DNA of 20,000 bases from an uncultured virus (IMG/VR IMGVR_UViG_3300015608_000414) (taxonomy: Duplodnaviria; Heunggongvirae; Uroviricota; Caudoviricetes). Made by a program: the position numbers and the translations under genes. The stretch lies in IMG/VR virus record IMGVR_UViG_3300015608_000414, positions 52,007-72,006 of that record; one strand, given 5' to 3'. Positions 1-8,778 of the stretch are shown here, piece after piece. Position 1 is the first letter of the stretch, and each line of letters begins with the position of its first letter. The notes beneath the pieces were generated by a model. It did not search any database, had not been told where the DNA came from, and saw only the letters and a program-made list of their open reading frames with translations.

Positions 1-906
1 TTTTGGCATAAAGACAAAGAGCTTCATGATAAGTTAGGCATAACTGTATCTGGTGAAGTATTTAAACCGGTTGTTATTTATATTGATACTGACTCTTGTT
101 ATGTTTCATTTCAAGAAGCTATTGAAAAATCTACATGGGATAAAGGTGAAAAAGAATTCATTCTAGCATTATATGAACATAGACTTAAAGATTATATCAA
201 TAAAGTCATGCAGAAGTATGCGGAAGCTCATGGTACACAAAACTTCTTGAATTTCGAATTAGAGTCTGTTGCAAGAAATGCAATCTGGTTAGCTAAAAAG
301 AAATACATTCAGAATATTAGATGGACTGACCCTGATATTCATTTTGATGACCTTACAAAAGTAAAAACAAAAGGATTTGATAATATTCAATCTTCAACTC
401 CTTTATTTGCCAGAAAGAAATTAACTGATGCATTAAAAATTATCTTTGCTGAAGATAATTTACAAATGTCGAAAATGGTTAAATTCTTAACTGAAGCTAA
501 AAAAGAATTTAAGTTAGCTCCAATTGAAGATATATGCTATAATGTAAGAATGAACAATTACGAAAAGTATATTGTTGATGACCAAAAAACATTTGAAATA
601 GCACTTAAATGTCCAACGACATGTCGTTCAGCTGGATTCCATAACTACTTATTAAATAACTCTAAGTTTAGAGATAGGTATCAAGTTATCTCAAACGGTG
701 AGAAAATTAAATTATATCAAACTACCGATAAAATGTCGAATGTATTTGCATTCATTGCTGGTTCATATCCATATGAATTTGCTCCACCTATTGATTATGA
801 AGCACAATTTGAAAAATGTATGATTGAGCCTCTTAATAGAGTGTTTACTGCAATTGGCATGCAAACACTTAATAGAAATTTAATATATGCGAATAGTCTT
901 TTCTGA
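1..906 (+). CDS. gp43: Family B DNA polymerase (T4 gp43-like), C-terminal part; 5' end lies outside the window
   Basis: Frame +1 is open from base 1 (FWHKDKELHDKLG...), upstream of the ORF-track start at 208. It contains catalytic motif C YIDTDS (79-96), the KKKY motif (KKRY-type), KTKGFDNIQSSTP (T4 ...QQSSTP) and GEKIK...IDYEAQFEK...EPL, typical of the gp43 thumb. Ends TGA at 904-906. Confidence 0.93.
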   Translation, partial: FWHKDKELHDKLGITVSGEVFKPVVIYIDTDSCYVSFQEAIEKSTWDKGEKEFILALYEHRLKDYINKVMQKYAEAHGTQNFLNFELESVARNAIWLAKKKYIQNIRWTDPDIHFDDLTKVKTKGFDNIQSSTPLFARKKLTDALKIIFAEDNLQMSKMVKFLTEAKKEFKLAPIEDICYNVRMNNYEKYIVDDQKTFEIALKCPTTCRSAGFHNYLLNNSKFRDRYQVISNGEKIKLYQTTDKMSNVFAFIAGSYPYEFAPPIDYEAQFEKCMIEPLNRVFTAIGMQTLNRNLIYANSLF

Positions 907-914
907 GCCTCTAA

Positions 915-923
915 GATATATAA
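915..923 (+). promoter_or_regulatory. GATATATAA motif, putative phage late promoter upstream of homing endonuclease 1
   Basis: The same motif recurs in most intergenic gaps ahead of late genes. It starts 25 nt before the ATG at 940. Confidence 0.6.
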
Positions 924-939
924 TTAAAGCGTTTAATAT

Positions 940-1734
940 ATGTTTAGTCGAGATTATCAATGTGGTATTTATAAAATTACTAATTTAGTAAATGGTAAAA
1001 TTTATATAGGTTCAGCTATTAGAATTGATAGAAGGTTTAAGTCACATTTAAGTCAATTAAGAGGTAATTATCATATAAATAGTCATTTACAAAATGCATT
1101 TAATGAGTATGGAATTGATAATTTTAAATTTGAAAGAATTGAGAATGTAAAAGACAAAAATAAATTATTAGAAAGAGAGCAGTATTATCTAGATACACTA
1201 CTTTATGCTCAGGAATATATTAAAGATAAAGATTCTAGATTTTTAGAATTAGGTTATAATATTAATCCAACTGCAGGCTCTAATTTAGGAGTTAAATATT
1301 CAGAAGCTTCTAAAAAGAAAATGGGTGAATGGATTAGAACGCCTGAAATAATAGAAAAAATAAGAAAATCAAATACTGGTCAAAGGAGAAGTTTAAAAAC
1401 TAGAAAATTACAATCTAAAATAAAAAAGTTAAATCCACCAATAGGTTCTAAAAATGGCTGGTCTAAGAAAATATATCAATATAATTTTGATACTGGTGAA
1501 TTAATTAAAATATGGGAATCTTCTAATTTAATATATAAAGAATTAGGATGGACTAAGCAAATTATATGTAATAATTGCCAATTAATTAAAAATAAAAATA
1601 ATCAGATTATTGCATTTAAAGATTTTATATGGTCATATCATGAAATAAGCGATATAGAAACATATAAGAATATTAACCATATAATTAAAAAATATAAATA
1701 TTTAGGAACTACTGGTAATCATTATAGAAAATAA
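940..1734 (+). CDS. Free-standing GIY-YIG homing endonuclease 1 (Seg-like) with NUMOD3/NUMOD1-type C-terminal DNA-binding region
   Basis: GIYKITNLVNGKIYIGS, conserved R (RFKSH), E (EREQYY) and N (GYNINP) of the GIY-YIG fold. SEASKKKM is NUMOD3-like. C-terminal IYQYNFDTGELIKIWES...FIWSY is an HTH-type module. Confidence 0.9.
   Translation: MFSRDYQCGIYKITNLVNGKIYIGSAIRIDRRFKSHLSQLRGNYHINSHLQNAFNEYGIDNFKFERIENVKDKNKLLEREQYYLDTLLYAQEYIKDKDSRFLELGYNINPTAGSNLGVKYSEASKKKMGEWIRTPEIIEKIRKSNTGQRRSLKTRKLQSKIKKLNPPIGSKNGWSKKIYQYNFDTGELIKIWESSNLIYKELGWTKQIICNNCQLIKNKNNQIIAFKDFIWSYHEISDIETYKNINHIIKKYKYLGTTGNHYRK
1083..1270 (+). repeat. 188-bp direct repeat, copy 1 (copy 2 at 5264-5451), inside the two GIY-YIG genes
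   Basis: Base-by-base comparison at offset 4181 shows 2 synonymous mismatches (1092 and 1200). An additional identical 38-bp block lies at 973-1010 / 5154-5191. Confidence 0.95.
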
Positions 1735-1747
1735 ATAAAAAATAAAT

Positions 1748-3034
1748 ATGCGTAGAAATCGTGCAACAAAAGTCACAAAATCAAAAGAATCTAAAGTAAA
1801 AGCTACAAATGAATTTTCATTTGATGACTTACAAAAAGAGCTTAAGAAGATTGCTCCTTTAGGTTCAACAATGGACGTGAGTACATTCTCTGAAGTAAGT
1901 GAATATATTTCAACAGGTAATTATATTCTTAATGCTTGTTTAACAGGTTCAGTATTTAAAGGATATCCAAATAATCGTTCAGTTTGTTTAGCAGGACCTT
2001 CAGGTGTTGGTAAAACATTCTTAATGTTAAATGCAGCAGCTGCAGCTCAAAGAATGGGTTATTATGTTGCATGGTATGATTCTGAAAATGCTGTTGATAG
2101 AGAATTAATGGAGAAGTTTGGTTTAGATACTTCTAAAGTTTGGTATGAACCTTGTAATACAGTAGAAGAATTTAGAACATCTACTACAAACTTAACACAA
2201 AAATTAATAGATGCACAACGTGCTGGCAAGACTGTACCTAAAGTTATTGCATTCTTAGACTCTGCTGGTAACTTAGCATCCGCAAAAGAAGTAAGTGATG
2301 CTGCATCAGGTTCTGATAAAGCGGATATGACAAGAGCTAAAAAGTTTAAATCTATATTCCGTATTTTAATGACTAAAATGGCTGAAGTTAAAATACCTTT
2401 AATATTCTCTAACCACGTATATAATACACAAGACTTTATTTCTCAAATTAAAGCAGGTGGTGGTACAGGTCCAGAATATGCTGCATCAATTATCTTAATT
2501 TTAACAAAAGCTAAAATCGGTGAAAAGACTAAAGATGATAAAGGTAAGAAAGTTACAAAACAAGTAGGTATTGTAATTACTGCTAAACCTAATAAAAATC
2601 GTTTTGCAAAACCAAATGCAGTTAAAGTACATTTAAGATACGATAAAGGTATGAATCCTTATATTGGACTAGAACAATTCTTAGGATGGGACGCTTGTGG
2701 TATTGGTAAAGGTTCTATCGTAGATGCTGCAACTTATAAAAAATTAAAAGACGATAAGAAAAAGAAATCAGTTGAATATGCAGATGAGGCTACTGGTGAA
2801 ATATTCTATTATTTACCAGATGATAAAGCTAAAACAATTGCTGTTAAACATTTAAACAGAGAAGTAAGTGCTGCTGAATTCTATTCTGAAAATACTTTCA
2901 GTGATGAAGTTTTACAACAAATCGATGAGGTTATTAAACCTATATTCAATTACGGTATTGATGAAGAATTACCAGATGATGAATTATTCGATGGTTCAGT
3001 AGATGATGATAATGATGACTCAGATGAAGATTAA
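1748..3034 (+). CDS. uvsX: UvsX/RecA-like recombinase
   Basis: ISTGNYILN, Walker A GPSGVGKT, YDSE, Walker B region AFLDSAGNL, DMTRAK, FSNHVY, GGGTGPEYAASII and an acidic C-terminal tail. Confidence 0.93.
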   Translation: MRRNRATKVTKSKESKVKATNEFSFDDLQKELKKIAPLGSTMDVSTFSEVSEYISTGNYILNACLTGSVFKGYPNNRSVCLAGPSGVGKTFLMLNAAAAAQRMGYYVAWYDSENAVDRELMEKFGLDTSKVWYEPCNTVEEFRTSTTNLTQKLIDAQRAGKTVPKVIAFLDSAGNLASAKEVSDAASGSDKADMTRAKKFKSIFRILMTKMAEVKIPLIFSNHVYNTQDFISQIKAGGGTGPEYAASIILILTKAKIGEKTKDDKGKKVTKQVGIVITAKPNKNRFAKPNAVKVHLRYDKGMNPYIGLEQFLGWDACGIGKGSIVDAATYKKLKDDKKKKSVEYADEATGEIFYYLPDDKAKTIAVKHLNREVSAAEFYSENTFSDEVLQQIDEVIKPIFNYGIDEELPDDELFDGSVDDDNDDSDED

Positions 3035-3036
3035 TT

Positions 3037-3336
3037 ATGGAATTCACGCCTGAAAAAATAAAAATCAAATATATTCTTGGAATGCACAAAGATTCGCCAG
3101 TATATCCTACTGGCGAAGACATTCTATATCTAATGATGAAACGAGCTTTAGATAGAGGTGAAGACATAAATGATATTACATTCACAACTACAAAGCTCTT
3201 CAAGAAGTTAGGCGAATTCAAAATGGAAAACGCCGAAAAATCACTTAAAGACTTAGTCGACATAGGAGCTACGGAGGTGATTAGAGAAACAAAAGATAGT
3301 CAGACTTATAAAATAATAAATAATCCTTACATATAA
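3037..3336 (+). CDS. Hypothetical protein, possible winged-helix fold; occupies the uvsX-helicase slot held by gp40 in T4
   Basis: Packed 2 nt after uvsX and overlaps the helicase start (TAATG). The pattern TTTKLFKKLG..KMENAEKSLKDLVDIGATEV.....TYKI resembles wHTH proteins. Confidence 0.75.
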   Translation: MEFTPEKIKIKYILGMHKDSPVYPTGEDILYLMMKRALDRGEDINDITFTTTKLFKKLGEFKMENAEKSLKDLVDIGATEVIRETKDSQTYKIINNPYI

Positions 3337-4649
3337 TGGAATTCAATCAAAATTACGAAAAACTATTCTTTAATTATAGCTTAGTTAATCCTAAGTATCT
3401 ACTAGTTACTCGTGATGGATTTTATTCTAGTAAAGAACTTGATATACTAGCTTATCTAGCTAAAAAATTCTACGACAGATTTAAAGAAACTCCTAGTCGT
3501 GAACAGATGAGATTATTAGTACAAAACTCATCTAAAGCAAAAGATGTTATAACAGACTCGATGATTGATTTAGTATTCGAGTCTAATATTTCAGATTTCG
3601 ACCAGGAGTGGCTACAACGTACAGCAGAATCTTGGATTAAATGGAGAGCATTCGATAGAAGTTTATTAGACGGTATCGAATATGTTAAAACTAGTAAAGT
3701 TAGTCCAGAAAACGTTGATAATGTAATTGGTAAATTCAAAGATATTATCACTGAAAGAAATAGACTTAACTTCGATAAAGATTTAGGTTTAGACTTCTTT
3801 AATCCAGACCATCACTATCAAAATCCAGAAGATAAAATTGCATCAGGTAAAAATTTCGTCGATGCAGTATGTTCAGGTGGATACGATAAAGCATCTTTAG
3901 TTGTATATGCTGGTGAGCAAAATATTGGTAAATCGATTTGGTTAGCAGGTGATGCAGCCAACTTCGTTAGAATGGGATATAATACTGCATTCATTACAGC
4001 AGAGATGAAAGCTACTAAAGTTATTAAAAGGGTTGGAGCTAATCTTCTTGATATTACAATGTCTGAATATGACGTAAAGTCAAAAGATAAAAATTATATT
4101 TCAAGAAAATTACAAACTGTAGGAACTGGAGTAATGCCTCCTGGTAAATTATTCATTAAGAAATTCCCAACAAGTCAAGCTACTGTTATTGATATTGAGA
4201 ACTATTTAAGAGATGTTGAAGATACTGTTGGTATAAAATTAAACGCAATAGTAATTGACTACATTAACATCTTATCTAATTATAGAAATCCAAATGGTGA
4301 TAATACATATATGAAGATTAAACAATTAGCTGAAGATTTACGTGGTATGGCTGATAGAAATAACTGGTTAATTATTACTGCAACTCAAATTAAAAGAAGT
4401 GGTTACGATTCAAGTGATATATCAATGGATGATATTGCTGAATCCGCTGGTTTATCACATACTGCTGATATGATTTATGGTATTATTCAAGATGCTATAA
4501 TGCATAGTAATAGAGAGTACTGGTTAAAAATATTAAAAATTCGTGATGGTGAAGGTAAAAATACAAAGTGTAGATTTGACATTGATTATGATTATATGAG
4601 ATTAACTGAATCAACCGACATCAGAGGTAATAATACAAACACACAATAA
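3336..4649 (+). CDS. gp41: DnaB-family replicative helicase (T4 gp41-like)
   Basis: Walker A AGEQNIGKS, FITAEM, Walker B IVIDYINIL, IKQLAEDLRGMA, ITATQIKRSG, IAESAGLSHTAD and LKIRDG. Confidence 0.93.
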   Translation: MEFNQNYEKLFFNYSLVNPKYLLVTRDGFYSSKELDILAYLAKKFYDRFKETPSREQMRLLVQNSSKAKDVITDSMIDLVFESNISDFDQEWLQRTAESWIKWRAFDRSLLDGIEYVKTSKVSPENVDNVIGKFKDIITERNRLNFDKDLGLDFFNPDHHYQNPEDKIASGKNFVDAVCSGGYDKASLVVYAGEQNIGKSIWLAGDAANFVRMGYNTAFITAEMKATKVIKRVGANLLDITMSEYDVKSKDKNYISRKLQTVGTGVMPPGKLFIKKFPTSQATVIDIENYLRDVEDTVGIKLNAIVIDYINILSNYRNPNGDNTYMKIKQLAEDLRGMADRNNWLIITATQIKRSGYDSSDISMDDIAESAGLSHTADMIYGIIQDAIMHSNREYWLKILKIRDGEGKNTKCRFDIDYDYMRLTESTDIRGNNTNTQ

Positions 4650-4656
4650 ATGAAGT

Positions 4657-5088
4657 ATGAGAACAAAAATGGATAAAATATTCGACAATACCTTTGATGA
4701 ATCAGAGTCAGATGGTAGAAGTATTAAATTTAAAATTGATACTGACGAGGATAATGATGTCGAAGGTAGAATGTATTCCGAAATATTAATTAAAAAGATT
4801 GATGATTTAATTACAAGTTCAGATTTTAGTAAATTAAATAAAATAAGTTCAGATGGTAAAGTTGTAAAATTAAGCAAGAACCAAATGAGTTTAATTTATA
4901 ACTATATAATTAAAAACGTAACTGACCATAGTAAGATTGATATCTTCGCGGCAACGACAGATTACTTTGATATACAGCCAGCTAAATTCTACAATTCTTT
5001 AAGTAATATACATAAGGAAGAATTAATTTTAGAATTAGACAAGAAGATGAATATACTTGAGAAAAAAAAGATAAGAAAGTTATTCTAA
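4657..5088 (+). CDS. Hypothetical protein; candidate divergent late-transcription co-activator (gp33-like)
   Basis: Clean ORF within the operon. The C-terminal ~50 aa (SKIDIF...DI...LSNIHKEELILEL...NIL..K..KLF) follows the pattern I recall for T4-like gp33 proteins. The functional call is tentative. Confidence 0.7.
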   Translation: MRTKMDKIFDNTFDESESDGRSIKFKIDTDEDNDVEGRMYSEILIKKIDDLITSSDFSKLNKISSDGKVVKLSKNQMSLIYNYIIKNVTDHSKIDIFAATTDYFDIQPAKFYNSLSNIHKEELILELDKKMNILEKKKIRKLF

Positions 5089-5096
5089 CTGCCTAA

Positions 5097-5105
5097 GATA
5101 TATAA
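5097..5105 (+). promoter_or_regulatory. GATATATAA motif, putative late promoter upstream of homing endonuclease 2
   Basis: Lies within CTAAGATATATAATTAAA (5093-5110), identical to 911-928. It starts 24 nt before the ATG at 5121. Confidence 0.6.
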
Positions 5106-5120
5106 TTAAAAATATATCAA

Positions 5121-5975
5121 ATGTTTTCTAAAGATTATAAAATAGGAATATACAAAATTACTAATTTAGTAAATGGTAAAATTTATATAGGGTCATCTAT
5201 TAATATTACAAATAGATTTAAAAGTCATTTAAAATTATTAAAATCTAAAATACATCACTCTAATCATTTACAGAATGCATTTAATGAGTATGGAATTGAT
5301 AATTTTAAATTTGAAAGAATTGAGAATGTAAAAGACAAAAATAAATTATTAGAAAGAGAGCAGTATTATCTAGATACACTGCTTTATGCTCAGGAATATA
5401 TTAAAGATAAAGATTCTAGATTTTTAGAATTAGGTTATAATATTAATCCAATTGCAGGTTCTCATTTAGGTTCTAAGAGGTCTGAAGAAACTAAAAAGAA
5501 AATGAGTCAATGGGTTAGAACTACTGAAATGAAACAGAATATATCTAATGCTAGAAAAGGTATTAAGTTAAGTGATGAAACAAAAGAAAAATTAAGAATT
5601 ATAAATACTGGTCGAAAAATTTCAAAATCTACTAAAAAAAAGATGTCAATTTCACATACAGGTAAAGTTTTATCAAATATAACAAAAAAAAGAATGTGTA
5701 AACCTAAAACAAGTGAACATTCTAATAATATTAGTTTAAGTAGAATAGGTATTAAATTTAACAATACTCATATAGAGAATATTAAAAAATCACACCAAAT
5801 ACCTATATTAAAATATAGTTTAGAAAATATTTTATTAGAAGAATTTAATACTAGTTTAGAAGCAGCATATAGTGTAAATAAAAAATCAAATAAATGGATT
5901 ATTGATACTTGTAAAGGTAGAAGAGAATCAGCATTTGGTTTTATTTGGAAATATAAAAACAAAGAAGCATGTTAA
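5121..5975 (+). CDS. Free-standing GIY-YIG homing endonuclease 2 with multiple NUMOD3 repeats and a NUMOD1/IENR1-type HTH
   Basis: GIYKITNLVNGKIYIGS. NUMOD3-like repeats RSEETKKKMS, LSDETKEKLR, ISKSTKKKMS and LSNITKKRM. C-terminal IIDTCKGRRESAFGFIWKYK. The stop overlaps the gp47 start (ATGTTAA). Confidence 0.9.
   Translation: MFSKDYKIGIYKITNLVNGKIYIGSSINITNRFKSHLKLLKSKIHHSNHLQNAFNEYGIDNFKFERIENVKDKNKLLEREQYYLDTLLYAQEYIKDKDSRFLELGYNINPIAGSHLGSKRSEETKKKMSQWVRTTEMKQNISNARKGIKLSDETKEKLRIINTGRKISKSTKKKMSISHTGKVLSNITKKRMCKPKTSEHSNNISLSRIGIKFNNTHIENIKKSHQIPILKYSLENILLEEFNTSLEAAYSVNKKSNKWIIDTCKGRRESAFGFIWKYKNKEAC
5264..5451 (+). repeat. 188-bp direct repeat, copy 2 (copy 1 at 1083-1270)
   Basis: Near-identical to 1083-1270 (2 mismatches). 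Confidence 0.95.
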
Positions 5976-7069
5976 AGTACCCTGAAGTAAAAAGAGCTTG
6001 GATTGTAGGTGACATTCATCTTGGGATTAGAGCGGCAAGTATGGACTGGTTTGATATAAGTAAGATTTATTTCGAACAGTATTTATTACCTTTAATAGAA
6101 AAGAATTATAAAGAAGGTGATGTTCTTATACAACTTGGAGATTTATTTGAAAACAGACAAACTATTAATTTAAAATTTAATAGTTATGCTATCGAGATTT
6201 TTCAAAGAATTGGTAAAATTTTACCAGTATTTATTATATGTGGTAACCACGATATCTACTACAAGAAAACTAATGAAGTTACTTCCCTAGATAGTATTAA
6301 ATATATCCCAAACATATATTTATTTAAACAACCAGAAATGATTAAGTTTGGAAAAACTGATTGTTTAATGATGCCATGGCGAGCAGATTATAAAGAAGAA
6401 GGCGAAACATTAGACCAATTCCCAAATGCAGAATTTGTATTCTGTCATTCTGAAATGCAAGGTGTAATGTTGAATAGAAAATCTGTACAGCATGAGGGTA
6501 CTAAAGTAAGTAAGTTTAAGAACTATAGAAGAGTTTACTCAGGTCATATACATTACTCCCAGACAGTTAAAAATGTAGTGATGGTAGGTAATGCTTATCA
6601 GATGACTCGTTCAGACCATAATAACCCTAAAGGTACTTATTTATTAGACTTTAAAACTGGAGAACATACTTTCTACGAAAATAAAGTAACACCTGAATTC
6701 GTGAAATTAAATGTAATGAGTTTATTGGAATTACCGTTAGAACAATTCAAAGATAAAATTAGAAATAACTTTGTCGACTTATACATACCGTCAGATATTA
6801 TGATTAAGTATAATATGTCGCACCTAATCAATCTTGTTCAAGATGTTGCGCGTAAAATTGAACCTAATATTTATGACGAGAAAACATTTATAGATATTGA
6901 CACTGTAACCGAAGAGATACAAAACGGATATAAGAATTTTGATGTATTGAATTTATGTAGCAAATGGGTAGATAATAGCCCGCATGATTCGGATATTAAA
7001 AATAAAATGAAAGAAAGATTAAAGCAGTTGTATACAATATCAACTTCTCATTATAACCCAGATTTATAA
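5969..7069 (+). CDS. gp47: Recombination nuclease, Mre11/SbcD-like subunit (T4 gp47-like)
   Basis: Metallophosphoesterase motifs GDIHLG, GDLF, GNHD, FCHSE and SGHIH. Directly upstream of the gp46-like gene. Confidence 0.93.
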   Translation: MLKYPEVKRAWIVGDIHLGIRAASMDWFDISKIYFEQYLLPLIEKNYKEGDVLIQLGDLFENRQTINLKFNSYAIEIFQRIGKILPVFIICGNHDIYYKKTNEVTSLDSIKYIPNIYLFKQPEMIKFGKTDCLMMPWRADYKEEGETLDQFPNAEFVFCHSEMQGVMLNRKSVQHEGTKVSKFKNYRRVYSGHIHYSQTVKNVVMVGNAYQMTRSDHNNPKGTYLLDFKTGEHTFYENKVTPEFVKLNVMSLLELPLEQFKDKIRNNFVDLYIPSDIMIKYNMSHLINLVQDVARKIEPNIYDEKTFIDIDTVTEEIQNGYKNFDVLNLCSKWVDNSPHDSDIKNKMKERLKQLYTISTSHYNPDL

Positions 7070-7072
7070 GAT

Positions 7073-8749
7073 ATGCAAATTATTTCAATAGAATTCAGAA
7101 ATTTCGCTAGTTATGGTAATGCTTTACAAAGACTAGATTTTGAAGAAAAGAATAGCCACCTTTATTTAGTACTTGGTGGAAATGGATTTGGTAAATCAAC
7201 AATTGCTAATGTAATTATATTTGGATTATATGGACAAGTTGAAAATATTAATTTACCAGATTTACCTAATCGTATAAATAAAAATTTATGGGTTAGAATT
7301 AAATTAAGATGTGGTGACAGAACAGTAGTAATTGAAAGAGGTATCGCACCTAAATTATTCAGAGCTGAAGTTAATGGCGTATCATTAGACCAAGCTGGTA
7401 AAACAAATGTACAAGAATATTTAGAGACTGAAGTCTTCGAAATGCCATATAATGTATTTAAAAACGTAATCATATTGTCGATTAACGATTTTAAATCATT
7501 CTTAACAATGACTCCTAAAGATAAACGTTCAATTATTGATAAGCTTTTTGGTTTCTCAGTAATTAACGACATGTTAGAAAGAGTTAAAAATGAAAGAAAG
7601 GTTCTTAAAGAAGATTTAACTAAAATTCAAGGTGAATTAGATACAATTAAAAATTCAATTGATGTAACAGTTGCTAAATTAAATGAACTCGAAGAAACTT
7701 CTAACGTTGAAAACAAAAAGAAGATTAAAGAGTTAAAAGAGTCTTTAGTAAAATTAAATGAGGACCATGTTAAATTAACTGAAGCGAAAGAAAAGTTATT
7801 AAATGAATATAACGAGTATGACGCAGCAATTAATAAATTAACAACTAAATATAATAACAAGAATATAGCTCTTGTAAATGCTAAAAAGAAATTAAAGCTT
7901 TATGAGAATGATACTTGCCCTGAATGTTGCAAAAAGCTTGATACAGATTTTGATAAAGCTAGAAAAGAAGAGTATACAAATACAGTAACTAATGTTCCTT
8001 TAGAATTAGAAGCAATTAATTCTCAAGTTGCAGATATTAAAAAGAAATCTGTCGCAAATAGAGATAAACAGAATGCTGTAATTAGTAGAATATCTTCATT
8101 ATCTACTACAATGCAAAGTATAAAGGGTGAACTAGTTAAAATATCAAATTCTACTAAAAATGGTGCAGGTGAGTTTACTCACTTAAAACAATTAGTTGAC
8201 GATTTTAAAAATAAGCAAGTAACTAGTGCTCAACAACATTCTGATATGAACGGTAATGACCATTTCTTATCTCTTCTTGAAGAAATGTTAGGAGATGATG
8301 GTGTTAAGAATATGGCAGTTAAGACAATTTTACCAGGTCTTAATGCTACTATTGCTCAGATGGTTTCTGAAATGCATTTAAGTTTCCATATCAGATTTGA
8401 TGATAAATTTAATTGTATTGTTAATCATTTAGGTGAAGATATTAATCCTAGTACTTTAAGTACAGGTGAGAGAAAGAAAGCCGATTTCATTGTTGTTATA
8501 GCATTAATTAAATTATTAAAGCTTAGATTTCCTCAATTAAATATATTATTCTTAGATGAAATATTCTCTTCAGTAGACCATGATGGAGTATACGGTATTT
8601 TAAAAATATTAAGTTCTGTTATTAAAGAACATAAATTAAATACATTCGTTATTAACCACACTGTATTACCACAGGAAATATTTGATAAAAAGATTGAAAT
8701 TTATAAAGATAACGGTTTCAGTAAATTTACAATCGACAATATAAAATAA
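7073..8749 (+). CDS. gp46: Recombination ATPase, Rad50/SbcC-like subunit (T4 gp46-like)
   Basis: FRNFASYGN, Walker A GGNGFGKST, coiled coils flanking the zinc hook CPEC, signature LSTGE, Walker B ILFLDEIF and H-loop INH. Confidence 0.95.
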   Translation: MQIISIEFRNFASYGNALQRLDFEEKNSHLYLVLGGNGFGKSTIANVIIFGLYGQVENINLPDLPNRINKNLWVRIKLRCGDRTVVIERGIAPKLFRAEVNGVSLDQAGKTNVQEYLETEVFEMPYNVFKNVIILSINDFKSFLTMTPKDKRSIIDKLFGFSVINDMLERVKNERKVLKEDLTKIQGELDTIKNSIDVTVAKLNELEETSNVENKKKIKELKESLVKLNEDHVKLTEAKEKLLNEYNEYDAAINKLTTKYNNKNIALVNAKKKLKLYENDTCPECCKKLDTDFDKARKEEYTNTVTNVPLELEAINSQVADIKKKSVANRDKQNAVISRISSLSTTMQSIKGELVKISNSTKNGAGEFTHLKQLVDDFKNKQVTSAQQHSDMNGNDHFLSLLEEMLGDDGVKNMAVKTILPGLNATIAQMVSEMHLSFHIRFDDKFNCIVNHLGEDINPSTLSTGERKKADFIVVIALIKLLKLRFPQLNILFLDEIFSSVDHDGVYGILKILSSVIKEHKLNTFVINHTVLPQEIFDKKIEIYKDNGFSKFTIDNIK

Positions 8750-8751
8750 GA

Positions 8752-8759
8752 GATATATA
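8752..8759 (+). promoter_or_regulatory. GATATATA motif, putative late promoter for gp15
   Basis: Lies in the 29-nt gap between gp46 and gp15, starting 27 nt before the GTG start. Confidence 0.6.
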
Positions 8760-8778
8760 TTAAAAATAAGCATATCTC

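Noticed and set aside
79..96. YIDTDS instead of canonical YGDTDS
   Set aside because: The catalytic DTDS is intact, and the preceding residue is variable among phage family B polymerases.
208..906. ORF-track start at 208 as an independent 232-aa gene or split polymerase
   Set aside because: The frame is open from base 1 and includes the DTDS catalytic motif, so 208 is an internal Met. A split upstream of the window cannot be assessed.
1693..1700. Canonical T4 late promoter TATAAATA (also at about 12573-12580)
   Set aside because: The copies I noticed are inside coding sequence as Tyr-Lys-Tyr codons and are expected by chance in AT-rich DNA. None precedes the structural genes in intergenic space.
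1083..5451. The 188-bp repeat pair as a diversity-generating retroelement template/variable pair
   Set aside because: There are only two mismatches, both synonymous. Both copies lie in paralogous nuclease domains, and no reverse transcriptase is present in the window.
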